The notes: generated by a model from the sequence alone, not told the origin. Counted from the first letter of the whole stretch, positions 1 through 14,302 are shown. The stretch: DNA of 63,959 nt, filler included, from Octopus bimaculoides (GCF_001194135.2; 8 parts of 8 records of this genome joined end to end with filler, not necessarily neighbours in it), one strand, 5' to 3'. Numbers and translations are program-made.

Positions 1-109
1 ATATATACATACACAATATAAACATAAATATATATTATACATATACATATACATACATACATACATACATACATGCATGCATACATACATACATACATAC
101 ATACATACA

Positions 110-140
<31 letters not shown>

Positions 141-522
141 GTATATATATTTTACATTTGCAACAGTCTCAGAAGCTCTGTAAATGGACATGGACACTGC
201 CTTCTCTCCTAACTAAAACATCAAAAATTCTATTTAATACATTATTTTCAAGCATGCTGTAGAAGAATTTTCCCATTAAATTCCAGCAAACAATAAAAGA
301 ATCGCGAAGCTGGAAAGCATCCAGAGTTAATGACACCTAACTATGTCTAAATCAAATCCTAATGTTTGGCACTGCATACTCTAAAACTTAGAATTGTTTA
401 AGAGCATAGCTGCAAATGGTTTTTGTAAACAATCAATTAATTCAGGCTCTGTTGTGTTTCCTATGTGATGCACACACACACACACATACACACATACACA
501 CATATGTACAAACATACATATT

Positions 523-906
523 TGGTGGCACTCCGTCGGCTACGACGACGAGTGTTCCAGTGGATCCGATCAACGGAACAGCCTGCTCGTGAAATTAACG
601 TGCAAGTGGCTGAGCACTTCACAGACACGTGTACCCTTAACGTAGTTCTTTGGAAGATTCAGCGTGACACAGAGTCTGACAAGGCTAGCCCTTTGAATTA
701 CAGGTACAACAGAAACAGGAAGAAAGAGTGAGAGAAAGTTGTGGTGGAAGAGTACAGCAGGGTTCGCCACCATCCCCTGCCGGAGTTTCGTGGAGCTTTA
801 GGTGTTTTCGCTCAATAAACACTCACAATGCCCGGTCTGGGAATCGAAACCGAGATCCTACGACCGTGAGTCCGCTGACCTAGCCACTGGACCATTGCGC
901 CTCCAC
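523..906 (-). mobile_element. tRNA-derived SINE family A, full length
   Basis: Head GTGGAGGCGCAATGGTCCAGTGG...GGTTTCGATTCCC (A/B boxes). Same family as 13268-13636, 47386-47472 and 63659-63959. Confidence 0.9.
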
Positions 907-1199
907 ATACATACATATACATATAGACATACACACACTCACACTCACTCACACTCACTCACACACGCTCACACACACACGCGTGCGCACGTACGTACAC
1001 GCACAGTTTGTTTAAAATCCTGTACAATGCGAAAATGGAAATACAAGATGGAACACTGAAGTAAGGAAGACTAACAATTAGCATTTTACCTTTCGATACC
1101 TTATGGTTCATACTTCTTTGTTTAAAGAAAATGGAAGATTGTATCAAGCTGGTATCATTTGCTGAGATATATCGGAGGGAAAGACATGACATGAGTAGA

Positions 1200-1830
1200 C
1201 TGGTATGGCTGCAATAGCCAATGCCCTTCTCGTTGTTGTGTTTATTGCTAATGGACTGCTTTGGTTTATGAATGAAGATGGCCTCCCTAATCTTTAAATT
1301 ACCGATGTTCCTTTCTGTTGCACTGACGATAACCTGAAGTCTTTCGCGAAGCGTTTCGTGGGGTGATTTTTTTTATCTGAAATGTTTATCACCACGTGCA
1401 TCTTGATGCCAGTATACAGTTTTCTGAGGGCACAACCGATATAGGAACCAACACATTTATCGAAGACTATTTGGTACACAACGTAAACTACCAAGATGCA
1501 GGTAGATAGAATACGAACTTGGTGCATATTTGGTTGACGATACCTTAACAGGAATTTCGACAAAGAGAGACTAGTCTGTATCATTTCTATGTACAATCCA
1601 TTTCTACGGATCCTCCATGGATTACATCAGTGTTCCTGTTCTCAAAATATGACAGTCTCAGGAGGCATTTACCATTTCTTGAAAGGCGATACTTCCTTTG
1701 TGATATATCAGTATACTGGCTTTCTGTGTATATGTGTCAGTTGAAATCTAAATGTATTAGGTATGTTACTGAAGGTATACAATTCAAGCCTAACGTTGTG
1801 TTCATAATACTCGTAACTTTTAAATAGCTC
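1200..1830 (-). mobile_element. Penelope-like element remnant (RT thumb end plus GIY-YIG endonuclease)
   Basis: Minus-strand translation gives HRKP, then VVYQIVFDKCVGSYIGCALRKLYTGIKMH (GIY-YIG), then KIREAIFIHKPKQSISNKH. Stops and frameshifts present. Confidence 0.8.
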
Positions 1831-2934
1831 TATATATCTACCTGTTATATATACTGACTACTTCAGGAAACAAACTTTAAGAAACAAGACAGCCATACTG
1901 ACTACTTCAAGAAATAAGCGCAGTTTCTAGTCGCTAAGTTGTGGTGTTTATGCTATGCTATTTATTTGTTTATTTTAATTTACTATGTTAAAATGAAACC
2001 CTATTTTTGAGCAGAACATCGATGGAAAATGAATACTCTCATTTAAATTTGCTCCAAGATAAAAAACTGCTTGATGACAAGATTCTTAGTTGGGACTTCT
2101 TATATCATTCATAGTATTATGTATCTCTCTCTCTCTCTCTCTCTCTCTCACGCACGCACACACACACACACACACACACACATGTACATATANNNNNNNN
2201 NNTATATATAAAATTATGAATATACATATGTTTGGGGGAGGGACAATTGGGGGTACGTACTGACTCTTTTGTTGTCTGTGTTTCAGTTTTGACAATTTTC
2301 ACTTTTAAGATTATAACTGGCTTGACATAACATGGAAGCAATCTTTATCTCCGCCATGTTCTCTTTGCGAGTACATTAAACCCTCCTTATTTGTGTTTAC
2401 TGGAGCAGAATAAAATCATAAATAAACCCACCGATAACAAACAAAACCGAAAGCCGACAAGATAAAAAAAAAAGAAAGAAAACACAAACAAACGAACACA
2501 TATAAAAAAACAAAAACAAAAAGCAAAATAGATATTTTTCCCCTCTCAAAATTTGACAGGATAAGAGAGTCTAGAAAGAGATAAAAATGAGTAAATAGGT
2601 ATACGAATTAGAAAGAGATCTGTCTGTGATATAACATGTGATGTTTTTTCAAAGGCTGCAACGAACCCTCGCTTTATATGTTCTGAGGTCCTCATTAGCA
2701 GCAGGCCACACAAAGAGGGTAATGTTTTCGCGTTAAAACTTCCGAGAAAAAGACAAGCTGAACTATAACTTTCAAAGATAAACAGCCAGTCAGTGTCTGT
2801 CCATTCATCAACTCAGTGGGTGTAGATAGGGGTTCTAAGAAAGCAGAAAGGAATTCTTTGCATATATGAAAGAAGACTTCAGACGAGAAAAGATACACAC
2901 ATATACACATAGACAACAAATGTTGCAGTAAAGG

Positions 2935-2985
2935 AACAACAACAACAACAACTATTAATATTATTATTATTATTATTATTATTAT

Positions 2986-3032
<47 letters not shown>

Positions 3033-3085
3033 CCTTGTGGCAAATAAATGAAATCATTATTATTATTATTACTATTACTATTATT

Positions 3086-3120
<35 letters not shown>

Positions 3121-3128
3121 TATTATTA

Positions 3129-3172
<44 letters not shown>

Positions 3173-3251
3173 TGGTTATTTTTTGCCATAAGGACGACGA
3201 ACGAGGGAGATAAGAATTCTTAGGATCGCGACAACGTTAACTGTAATAATA

Positions 3252-3294
<43 letters not shown>

Positions 3295-3480
3295 TTAATA
3301 ATGATTTCTTTGATGAGATTATGAAGAATATTAACTTTCTACACATAAAAAAGGAGTAAATGAATGTTTCTCAAAATAACCAAATAAATTATATTAACAA
3401 TGATAACAATAATAATGAGAAGAAAAAGAAGAAGAAGAAGAAGAAGAAGAAGAAGAAGAAGAAGAAGNNNNNNNNNNNNN
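2935..3480. repeat. Compound trinucleotide microsatellites (AAC, ATT, AGT, CAT, AAT, AAG). Representative of dozens of AT, GT, GA, ACAT, AGAT, AGGT and AAT tracts across the window
   Basis: Directly visible. These tracts generate most of the low-complexity ORFs in the track. Confidence 0.95.
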
Positions 3481-3619
3481 NNNNNNNNNNNNNNNNNNNN
3501 NNNNNNNNNNNNNNNNNNNNNNNNNNNNNNNNNNNNNNNNAGAAGTTATACCTGGACTCTCAACACTACACACTATCCAAAAAATAACCCTACTAGGAAC
3601 AGTCCACCTCCTACGTAAG

Positions 3620-4102
3620 TGGTCTTGCGGCTCTGCATCTGGAGAAGCAAGTCTGTGCTGCCCGGGTGCTGAACAGATGGAGCGGTTAAATTGCTCGGGG
3701 TCTGGTTCGTTTCGGGCATCAAGATGGACAAAAAATGGGACGAGGTAATGAGAACTGGGCTGAGAGGAATCTAGCGGAAGCTATCACTGAAAGGTCGGGT
3801 AATGGTGGCTAATGCGTGCATCACATCCGTCATCTATTACTGCCTGACTGTCATGTCTGGATACACTGGAGTGTATACTCTTTCGCTTCTTGTGAAAGGA
3901 ACGCGCTCCCATAGTCAGGTGATCCATCTGTTGCCAACACCTGTTTCAAGGTGACTGAGCATGCTATAGCTGATGATGTGAAAACATGTGCTGAAGCTAC
4001 ATCTTCAGCGCTTCCTGGTGGTGAACAGGTTTAGTCAACGTTCGCCGGATACGTATTTCTCGCTGCTCATCTCTTTGACGGAGCTGCAGTCAAGGGACAG
4101 GA

Positions 4103-4156
<54 letters not shown>

Positions 4157-4960
4157 CACTAGGGAAGTAGAATGTCTTCAAGGGCCCACAGCCCTCAGCC
4201 GTTTCGGTCACTGAGGTAGGTGGAAAATNNNNNNNNNNGGGCCCACAGCCCTCAGCCGTTTCGGTCACTGAGGTAGGTGGAAAATCCACTTTAGCGTTCT
4301 ATGGAGGATTAGTGGCAGGTAAAAACGAAGACAATTTTTCGGGAGATTCTAGGCGTCGAAATTTATCGACTAGCCGCTCTCTTCCAGAGAACTTTCAACC
4401 CAGGGCTGCTGAATAACTTCCGGGAATCCCCGGCCTAGCAGTACTACTGTGGAGCATTGCCTGTCGGAGATAAACCCTACCGGCATGGAAGTGCCATCAG
4501 CCAAGCATGTCCGAAATGCATGCAGAGTGACGAAACTGTCCTGCACGTACTAGTCCAGTGCCCTGCTGTCTCGTGGTCTCGTGAACACCTGTTGTCACGT
4601 GTGGGACGGATCCAGCTATCAACTGAATCCATCGTGTAGATTACCCCGCCTACTTCTTTTAACCTGAAAGAGCAAGCAATTTTTATACGCCTGATGACTG
4701 TAGCGAAAGAAGTCGTATGATGTATGCGACTGAAGAGGCTGAAGGCAAACATTTTCCTCTTTGGCCAGTCCCTCATCAACAGAATTTGTTAAGGAAAAGA
4801 AAGATGGAGAAGGAAGTGCTGCCTTCTGATCATTTTGTTGAAAGATGAATGACGGTGCGAGCATAGTTCGAGTGAAGGACCCTGCGCTGTGCATACGTCT
4901 GTAAATCGGATATAAAGAACTGAGACAAGGCATTTTCCCCAGACATCAGGGCACCCATGG
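3620..4960 (+). mobile_element. Tx1/L1-clade LINE 3' fragment
   Basis: KLLGVWF...DKKWDEV, LSLKGRVMVANACITSVIYYCLTV and a zf-RVT-like RHGSAISQACPKCMQSDETVLHVLVQCP. Broken by frameshifts, a (GA)n run and a gap. Confidence 0.8.
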
Positions 4961-5230
4961 TTTTATTACATGTTTTATCATGAACAGCCCTCGAACATCT
5001 CCTTCTTATTGAGGAATTTTGATTGTTATAAATTTATTGTTAACTCCCTTTTTGATTATTGTTAAATCTATTTACAGGCAGAACCCCCCTCACCAACACA
5101 CACGCTCATACAGATATACACACTCAACATTTCGTCCTATGCCGATCTTAATGTTTTTCTTAATGTAAACCCTTCGCGTCTAATAAGGAAATCATCATCA
5201 TCACTATCATCATCATCATTATCATTATTA

Positions 5231-5315
<85 letters not shown>

Positions 5316-5630
5316 CAACAACATCAACAACTAGATTTCGTGAATGCTGTAAACCTATTAGCAATAGCTAATGAACAAAAGAAACAGAGAAGTGTCACTT
5401 CTAAAATCCCTTCGCGAACTTATCGCTAGATATGAGATATTTCGAAAATGTCTCATATAACGCAACCCTTCTGATCATCTCGTTGTGCTAATTTATTTAT
5501 ATATTTCACTGTTTGCATCATTTGATATTCTGGAAGGGTAGACATCAAAGGGAACAGTTACGATTAGTTTTAAAATGATATATATGTACGTATGAGGCGT
5601 GTATCTGTGTGTGTATGTGTGTATTATAAT

Positions 5631-5686
<56 letters not shown>

Positions 5687-5699
5687 CAACAACAACAAC

Positions 5700-5805
<106 letters not shown>

Positions 5806-5940
5806 NNNNNNNNNNNNNNNNNNNNNNNNNNNNNNNNNNNNNNNNNNNNNNNNNNNNNNNNNNNNNNNNNNNNNNNNNNNNNNNNNNNNNNNNNNNNNNN
5901 NNNNNNNNNNNNNNNNNNNNNNNNNNNNNNNNNNNNNNNN

Positions 5941-6027
<87 letters not shown>

Positions 6028-6311
6028 TATATATGTATATATATACATACACACACATATGTATGTATATGCATATTTATGTATGCAGTTATACACACAC
6101 ACGCACACACTAAAGATATGGGCGTGTATACCTACGACACCTATATACGTGTATGGGTATAAATATACGTGTGTATGCGTTTATATCGTCATTATTATCG
6201 TATTAACGAATGTTTTCTCCATGTACCATTGGGTGGAGGTCTATGTGTTTATGTGTTATGCATGTATGCATATATGTGTCTGTGTGTATGCGTGTGTGTG
6301 TGTGTGTGTGA

Positions 6312-6372
<61 letters not shown>

Positions 6373-6589
6373 CGCGTGTGAATGTATATATACTGACTGC
6401 TTTCTCGTATACGAGCAAAGTCATTGCTAGAAAGACTCACTGAAATGAGTCATTGATAATGCAACGTGAGACCCTTATATGACACCGTGAGCCCCGCCAA
6501 GGATTTCCACATTTTATTGCATAAAGCAGTTGTGCTCACTGGCTAAAGGAACCGGTGCCACAGCCAGAGTATGAAGTCTTTTGCATATA

Positions 6590-6664
<75 letters not shown>

Positions 6665-7423
6665 TATCTTTGCTCTTTACTCTTTTAGTTTTACTTGTTT
6701 CAGTCATTTGACTGCGGCCATGCTGGAGCACCACCTTTAGTCGAGCAAATTGCCCCCAGGACTTATTCTTTGTAAGCCTACTACTTATTATATCGGTCTC
6801 TTNNNNNNNNNNNNNNNNNNNNNNNNNNNNNNNNNNNNNNNNNNNNNNNNNNNNNNNNNNNNNNNNNNNNNNNNNNNNNNNNNNNNNNNNNNNNNNNNNN
6901 NNNNNNNNNNNNNNNNNNNNNNNNNNNNNNNNNNNNNNNNNNNNNNNNNNNNNNNNNNNNNNNNNNNNNNNNNNNNNNNNNNNNNNNNNNNNNNNNNNNN
7001 NNNNNNNNNNNNNNNNNNNNNNNNNNNNNNNNNNNNNNNNNNNNNNNNNNNNNNNNNNNNNNNNNNNNNNNNNNNNNNNNNNNNNNNNNNNNNNNNNNNN
7101 NNNNNNNNNNNNNNNNNNNNNNNNNNNNNNNNNNNNNNNNNNNNNNNNNNNNNNNNNNNNNNNNNNNNNNNNNNNNNNNNNNNNNNNNNNNNNNNNNNNN
7201 NNNNNNNNNNNNNNNNNNNNNNNNNNNNNNNNNNNNNNNNNNNNNNNNNNNNNNNNNNNNNNNNNNNNNNNNNNNTGGATATTAAATATTAAATATTAAA
7301 TATTAAAGGACTAGTATACTTTCTTGCATTTTAGCAGTCTTCAAGGTCCCATGTTGTGACAGTAATGTTTCAACTATATATGTATTACGTATGTGCATAT
7401 ATTTATATATATACAAACACACA

Positions 7424-7455
<32 letters not shown>

Positions 7456-8089
7456 GGTAGGTAGGTAGGTAGGTAGGTAGGTAGGTAGGTAGGTAGGTAG
7501 GTAGGTAGGTAGGTTGATAGACAGATATGCAGAAGCAGCCAGACGGTATGGGAGAGGAGAGAGAGAGATAGAAAGATTGGGGTAGATAATACATTCACAT
7601 ATATTTTCATAGTAAAGATCTTTAACTCCATACTATGTTTTCATAATAGTCATCGTTAACTACAATTAAGTTATTTTTCACAGAAGTCTCTTTATATAAG
7701 TAAACTTTAATTAGAATTATGAGAGCAACAATGACTGTTTTAAGATGTAGAATGAAATGGAAGAATCTCGAATATCTCTTATAAAACATCATACTCATAT
7801 ATATACATATGTACCCGTGTGTGTGAGTGTGCTTGTGTGTATGTATGTATGTATGTATGTATGTATGTATATATGTATGTATGTATGTATGCATGCATGT
7901 ATGTATGTATGTATGTATGTATGTATATATGTATGTATGTATGTATGCATGCATGTATGTATGTATGTATGTATATAACGTAAAAATGACACAGGACGAC
8001 AAAAGAACACACGGACAAAAATCACACGCATCCCTCATCAGTTATCAGCCAAAAGTCATCACAGTTTCGTGCCATTATCAATACGATTG

Positions 8090-8482
8090 GGCGCAGGAGT
8101 GGCTGTGTGGTAAGTAGCTTGCTTACCAACTACATGGTTCCGGTTTTATTCCCACTGAGTCTTCTACTATAGCCTCGGGCCGACCAAAGCCCTGTGAGTG
8201 GATTTGGTAGACGGAAACTGAAAGAAGCCTGTCGTATATATGTATATATATATATATATGTATGTGTGTGTATATGTTTGTGTGTCTGTGTTTATCCCCC
8301 CAACATCGCTTGACAACCGATGCTGGTGTATTTACATCCCTGTAAGGTAGCGGTTCAGCAAAAGTGACCGATAGAATAAGGACTAGACTTACAAAGAATA
8401 AGTCCTAGGGTCGATTTTCTCGACTAAAGGCGGTGCTCCAGCATGGCCGCAGTCAAATGACTGACGCAAGTAAAAGAGTAAG
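8090..8482 (+). mobile_element. CORE-type SINE family D (OR2-like), full length with internal (AT)/(GT) microsatellite
   Basis: Head GGCGCAGGAGTGGCTGTGTGGTAAG; tail GCGGTGCTCCAGCATGGCCGCAGTCAAATGACTGA...GTAAAAGAG. Confidence 0.9.
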
Positions 8483-9096
8483 ATTGCTCATTTTGGTAGC
8501 ATTAACAGCAGAAGCTGCTGGTATAAGTGAGCGGGCGTAAAAGGTGGTAAGAATAATGAAAAAAGCGACACATGAAAGTGGTATATTTCAGCTGTGAGTC
8601 AGCATAGAGCAAGACGTCCAGAAATGACCCCAATGAAAAAAATGTTCTGTAGGACTTGAAGGGGAAAGTAGAGAGCTAGAAAGATAGAAAGATAGGAGAA
8701 AAGATGGAAGAAATAGATAACAAAGTTAGAACGAGAAATGGAAAAAATAAGACGAACCCGGGGCTAGATGTGAAAGTTATGGCGAGAGCACGGGAGAGCA
8801 TGACTGAGCTGGTCAACGGTCAAGCAAGAAGAGGATGGGTGAAAGGTGAAACAGGATGGTCAGGTGGTACCTAAAATGGAGGAGAGAGAGTAAAAAATGG
8901 GAGAAGGGCAGAGCGAAAGACAGGGAGTGGTGAGAGGAAAGGATCGTGCATAGATACACATACATATATACATCAAGGAGTAAATGCACACTCACTCGCA
9001 CATACATATTATACACACAAATACACACACACACATACGCACACATATACATATATATATGCATAAAAATATAGATAAATACTAATATATACATGT

Positions 9097-9181
<85 letters not shown>

Positions 9182-9633
9182 GGGAGAATGCGCAATGGAC
9201 CTCTAGCGAGAGATTAATAAACGTTGAGCGATTTGTCTTCCTGAAATAAGGAAGTAGTCAACTTTTTACAGTGAGTTGTTAGCATATTTTACATCTCTTT
9301 TTCAACATAAGCGTTTATTTTGTGTTAATATATGTGCAGACACACACAGACACCAGACAATCACACGCTCACATACATATATACACCCAGACACACATAT
9401 ATGCGCACACATATGCTTATATATATAATGCGCTAGTTACTCTAGAGTTTCCCTGATCGGCAGCTGGTTCGTCAGATACGAAGAGACTTGTTTGTTTCTT
9501 TAGGATAAACCGACTACATGTCATGCCCAAGAAAAAATGGATTACTACATCAGCAAAAGTAATTGCACACTGCTGCGACATAATGTCTTTCTCTTGTTTG
9601 TTAATATTAAACTGTGAGTATACACATACAAGC

Positions 9634-9684
<51 letters not shown>

Positions 9685-9713
9685 CAGATAGATAGATAGA
9701 TAGATAGATAGAC

Positions 9714-9766
<53 letters not shown>

Positions 9767-9857
9767 CATTTCTTTTATTAGCCACACAGGGCTCAACGAA
9801 GATGGGACAAATACAATGTAGAGCTTTTCTTTTTGGGAGGGGGAAGGAAGGAGTAAA

Positions 9858-9957
9858 NNNNNNNNNNNNNNNNNNNNNNNNNNNNNNNNNNNNNNNNNNN
9901 NTTAATTAATTAANNNNNNNNNNNNNNNNNNNNNNNNNNNNNNNNNNNNNNNNNNNN
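9858..9957. other. Artificial scaffold spacer N44-TTAATTAATTAA-N44 (also near 25611, 35195, 52358, 56904, 59179 and 61380)
   Basis: An identical 12-mer giving stops in all six frames sits in the centre of a 100-bp N block seven times. Confidence 0.95.
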
Positions 9958-9987
9958 GAGTGTGTGTGTGTGTGTGTGTGTGTGCGA

Positions 9988-10030
<43 letters not shown>

Positions 10031-10196
10031 ATCGTGTGTGATCGTATGTGTGTGTATGATCACGAGTGTGTGAGTGTGTGTGTGTGTGTGTAATCATGCA
10101 TGAATGCGTACATATGTTTGTATGTGTTTGGTATATAAGTGTGTATATGTATGGAAATATGTTTAGCGTGAACCTCAATATACTTTAAGAAATGTG

Positions 10197-10570
10197 AGAC
10201 AGAGGCATGGCTGTGTGGTAAGAAACTTGCTTCAAGACCACATGGGTCTGGGTTCAGTTCCACTGCATGGCACCATGGACAAATGTCTTTTTTCTACAGT
10301 CTCAGGTCAACCAAAGCCCTGAGAGCAGATATGGTAGATGGAAACTGAAAGAAGCCCATTGTGTGTGGGTGTGTACCACCACCACTTGACCACTGATGTT
10401 GGGGTGTTTACATCCCTGTAACTAAGCAGTTCACCAAAACAGATTGGCAGAATAAATACCAGGCTTTGCAAAGAAAAAAAGGAAATAGGAATTGGGGACA
10501 GGCGATTCGGTCGCCTAAAATTCTTTGAGGTGGTGCCCCAGCATGACTGTCTTAATAGCTGAAACCAGAT
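10197..10570 (+). mobile_element. SINE family D
   Basis: Diverged copy with the same head, core and tail. Confidence 0.8.
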
Positions 10571-11420
10571 ACATCTCACACACACACACGGTTACACAGG
10601 GGTAGGTGAGAATGTTCCCCCACCCATCCATCCCGCCTTTCTACCCCCGTCACCACCCCAACACCCTTTCATGTGGGAGGCAGACAGAGACAAAATAAGC
10701 TTAAGAAAAAGAAAGAAAAACCCTAACACCAACAGACAATGCTACCCCATCCACACCCTGAAACTAGGGGTAAATGGCGGGGGAGGGGTAAGAACAGGGA
10801 TTAGGGTCTTTATTTCAGACAAGGAAGACACTGCAGGGTAGAGGCATGTGTGTGTGTGTATATACTTGTATAATGCATGTCTGCTATATGTGTAATATAT
10901 GCATACAATGTGTGTGTGTGTGTGCATGTGGATACATGTGTGCATGTGTGAGGATACCTGTGTGTGTGAGTGTCTATCTTGTCACACTCACATGTATACA
11001 CACACACACACACACACGCTATATATTTATGTACACTATACATATGTTGATGTATGTATACTTATATATAAGTGTGTATAAGTTACATATAGATAAATAT
11101 TCATGTGTATAATTTTTATCTATATAAAGAGAGTGTGTGTACACACATGCTTTACATAAATATATATGAAGATTATATTCATACATACATACATATGTAT
11201 GTCACACTATATGGATCCAACTAAGCTGAGAGCACTCACAAAAAAAAGTTTCTTAACGTACCATTCTACGAAAGATATAGAATGTATGGGACAAGAGAAA
11301 ACGATAAGGAGTGTATAAAGTCATAAATTATATACATGTGTGTGTGTGTGTGTGTGTATATGTATATATATACATATATATATAGGTATCATTACCATTA
11401 TTAATAATAATAAAGTAGCT

Positions 11421-11463
<43 letters not shown>

Positions 11464-12265
11464 GATATTTATAAAATATATAGTTTTAGGGAAAATAACC
11501 AAGTTTCAAGAACTCATCGATGAAAATCCACTATCACATATAGAAAAATTAATAATTAAAAGCACAATAAATGAGTATAATATAAAACAGAATAAATATC
11601 ATAAGATAATAATAAATATGTAAATATTTATATATATGTATATATACTTATCTATTTAAAATGTGTTTATGTATGCACATGTACATGCATTCACATCTTA
11701 CATAATATGCCCCAGCATGGTCACAATCTCATGAGTGAAACCAGCAAATTATATTTACACACACACACACACACATTTATATATATATATAAATATCTAT
11801 ATATATATTTATTGTGTGTGTGTGTGTGTGTGTGTGTTTGGTTAACATTTAGAAATGAAAGCAGAGTAACAGAAATGTGTAATTCTTCAAAAATTCCAGA
11901 GGGAAATAGTAAAATGCTTCATCATGGAAGTGAGAAGTCTGTGAGAAAGAAGAAAACGAAGGAACCGCGAAAGAGACCGAAAACCCAGCAAAATACTGTT
12001 GGTGCTTGGTGTAAACAGAGGTTCCATTTGCACCCTGTTTGGTATGGGAGTCTGCAGAGATGAGAGGCAGAGAGAAGAAAAGCAGTGGGGGAGAAAGTAT
12101 GGCACAGTGTGGACCAAAAGAAGACGGCCATTCCTTAGCAGAAAAGAGGAACCCTGAAAAATGTGATCTCTGACTGACATCTGATTAATGGAATGTCTCA
12201 CAGGGCAAGACATACAAGTGTGTTTTATATATATACATACATACATACATATATAGACAGATAGA

Positions 12266-12320
<55 letters not shown>

Positions 12321-12449
12321 AGTCTTATATAGTTGTATGGAAGTCCTGGAATGTTCCATTCCACTCCTTCAAATACACGCCCGAGTTCACATATTTCTAT
12401 ATAAACACAAGAGAGGTAATTATATACACACACATACGCATAACTTTAT

Positions 12450-12965
12450 TCTTTTACTCTTTTACTTGTTTCAGTCATTTGACTGCGGCCATGCTGGAGC
12501 ACCGCCTTTAGTCGAACGAAATCGACCCCAGGACTTGTTCTTTGTAAGCCTGGTACTTATTCTAGCTGTCTCACTGAACCTCTAAGTTATGGGGACATAA
12601 ACACACCAATATCGGTTGTCAAGCGATGTTGTGGGGAGGGGGGGAACTGCAGACACACAAACATATATGACAGGCTTCTTTCAGTTTCCGTCTATCAAAT
12701 CCACTCACAAAGGCTTTCGTCAGTCCAAGGCTACAATAGAAGACATTTGCCCTAGGTGCCATGCAATGGAAATGAACCCAGAACCATGTGGTTGGGAAGC
12801 AAGCTTCTCACTAGACAGCCATGCCTGCATCTACATACATACATTGTTTGACAACCGGTGTTGGTTTGTTTGCCTCCCCTGTAACTTAGCAGTTTGGCAA
12901 AAGAGACTGCAGGATAAGTGCCAGGATTAAAAATAAGTCCTGGGGTCGATTTATTCAGTTTGACC
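12450..12965 (-). mobile_element. SINE family D (minus, 12450-12830) abutting a plus-strand tail piece (12845-12965)
   Basis: Reverse-complement match to 17094-17502. Confidence 0.8.
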
Positions 12966-13267
12966 CTTACAGGAATAAATACTTTGGGCCAGTGTGATCC
13001 GCAGGAGGTCATCTTGCCATTGATTGTTGCCCATCGCAGAGGAACCACTGACCAAATCACTGCCGATTATCGGGGCAGACGTAGCCTGCGTTTGAAGTGG
13101 GTGGTACGCATTCTAGTTAACCCCCAACTGGGACCCTAACAGGGGCTAATAACCCAGGTCAGAGTAGGTCTGGGAACAATGGAGAGAGAACTCCTCCATC
13201 AAGGCCCCACCACCAGCTGCAGTTTAAAGTCTTACAAGACCCTATGACAGTGTGGTACTCTATAACA

Positions 13268-13636
13268 GTGGATGTGCAATGGCCCAGTGGTTAGGGCAGC
13301 AGACTCGCGGATTCGATCCTCAGACCGGGCGTTGTGAATGTTTATTGAACGAAAACACCTAAAGGCTCCACGAGGCTCCAGCATGGGATGGTGGCGAACT
13401 CTGCAGTACTCTTCCACCACAACTTTCTCTCACTCTTACTTCCTGTTTCTGTTGTGCCTGTAATTCAAAGGGCCAACCTTGTCACACTGTGTCACGCTGA
13501 ATATCCCCGAGAACTATGTTAAGGGTACACGTGTCTGTGGAGTGCTCAGCCACTTGCACGTTAATTTCACGAGCAGGCTACTCCGTTGATCAGATCAACT
13601 GGAAATTTCGTCGTCGTAAGCGACGGAATGCCAATA
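13268..13636 (+). mobile_element. SINE family A, near full length
   Basis: Aligns along its length with 523-906 and 63659-63959. Confidence 0.9.
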
Positions 13637-14302
13637 ACTTCTATGGAACACTTACAAACCACATCATTTCCAAGTCTGGTGACAGATCAAGGAACCTGCA
13701 AGATCACCTGACCTTTGCACTTGTAATTATTTCCTTTGGGGAGTGGGCTACCACAAAGAGAAATCAGTCGTGAATAGACCACACACACACATGGCATTGA
13801 CCCATTTTATCCCAGTGCCTACAACTGTAGACTTTGCCTATTATCACAGAACAGGTTGTCAACATGTAGTAGTACGGAGGGTGTGCACCGTAACAGCACA
13901 TTGCCACATTCACCATTTCTTGGTGATTCCCCTACTCCTGGTGGGTGACACCTTTGCCCCACTCAGGTGACAACCATCCAACTCATGGGTCTGTTTAGGT
14001 GGTCGTTGCTGGTGAAGGCTTTACAAGGTCACAGTGCAGATCTGACCTCGACCTCTTTTCGCTGCCTTTTACAAAACGGAGAGGAAACATTGCTTGTATT
14101 CTTTAACGGGCTTAAACAGTGTGACACACACACACACACACATATTTATATGTAGGGCTATTCAATTCAGTTTGGACAGAAAATCAGATTATTTCGGTTG
14201 TTTAAATATCTTTTTGTTTGGTTGCTAACTTAGAAAAAAAAATGCAAGACAAAAACATGAAAAGTATTTTTCGTTTTGTTGCAAAACTATTTTATGAAGA
14301 TG

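Noticed and set aside
523-906. tRNA genes at SINE heads (also 13268, 25964, 54115, 63659)
   Set aside because: A/B boxes are present but there is no complete cloverleaf, and each continues into a repeated SINE body.
1085-1115. Hammerhead at the Penelope 3' end (TATGAACCATAAGGTATCGAAA on the minus strand)
   Set aside because: The CUGANGA box and stems I and III could not be built convincingly.
4183-4287. 47-bp direct repeat around a 10-N gap
   Set aside because: Identical sequence on both sides of a gap indicates an unmerged contig overlap.
9902-9913. Recurrent TTAATTAATTAA as a conserved motif or PacI site
   Set aside because: It is always centred in a 100-bp N block, so it is an assembly linker.
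11850-12170. Lys/Arg-rich ORF 11707-12063 as a nuclear protein exon
   Set aside because: It starts in a SINE piece and a microsatellite, has stops in the continuation, and more likely represents a decayed LINE 3' end.
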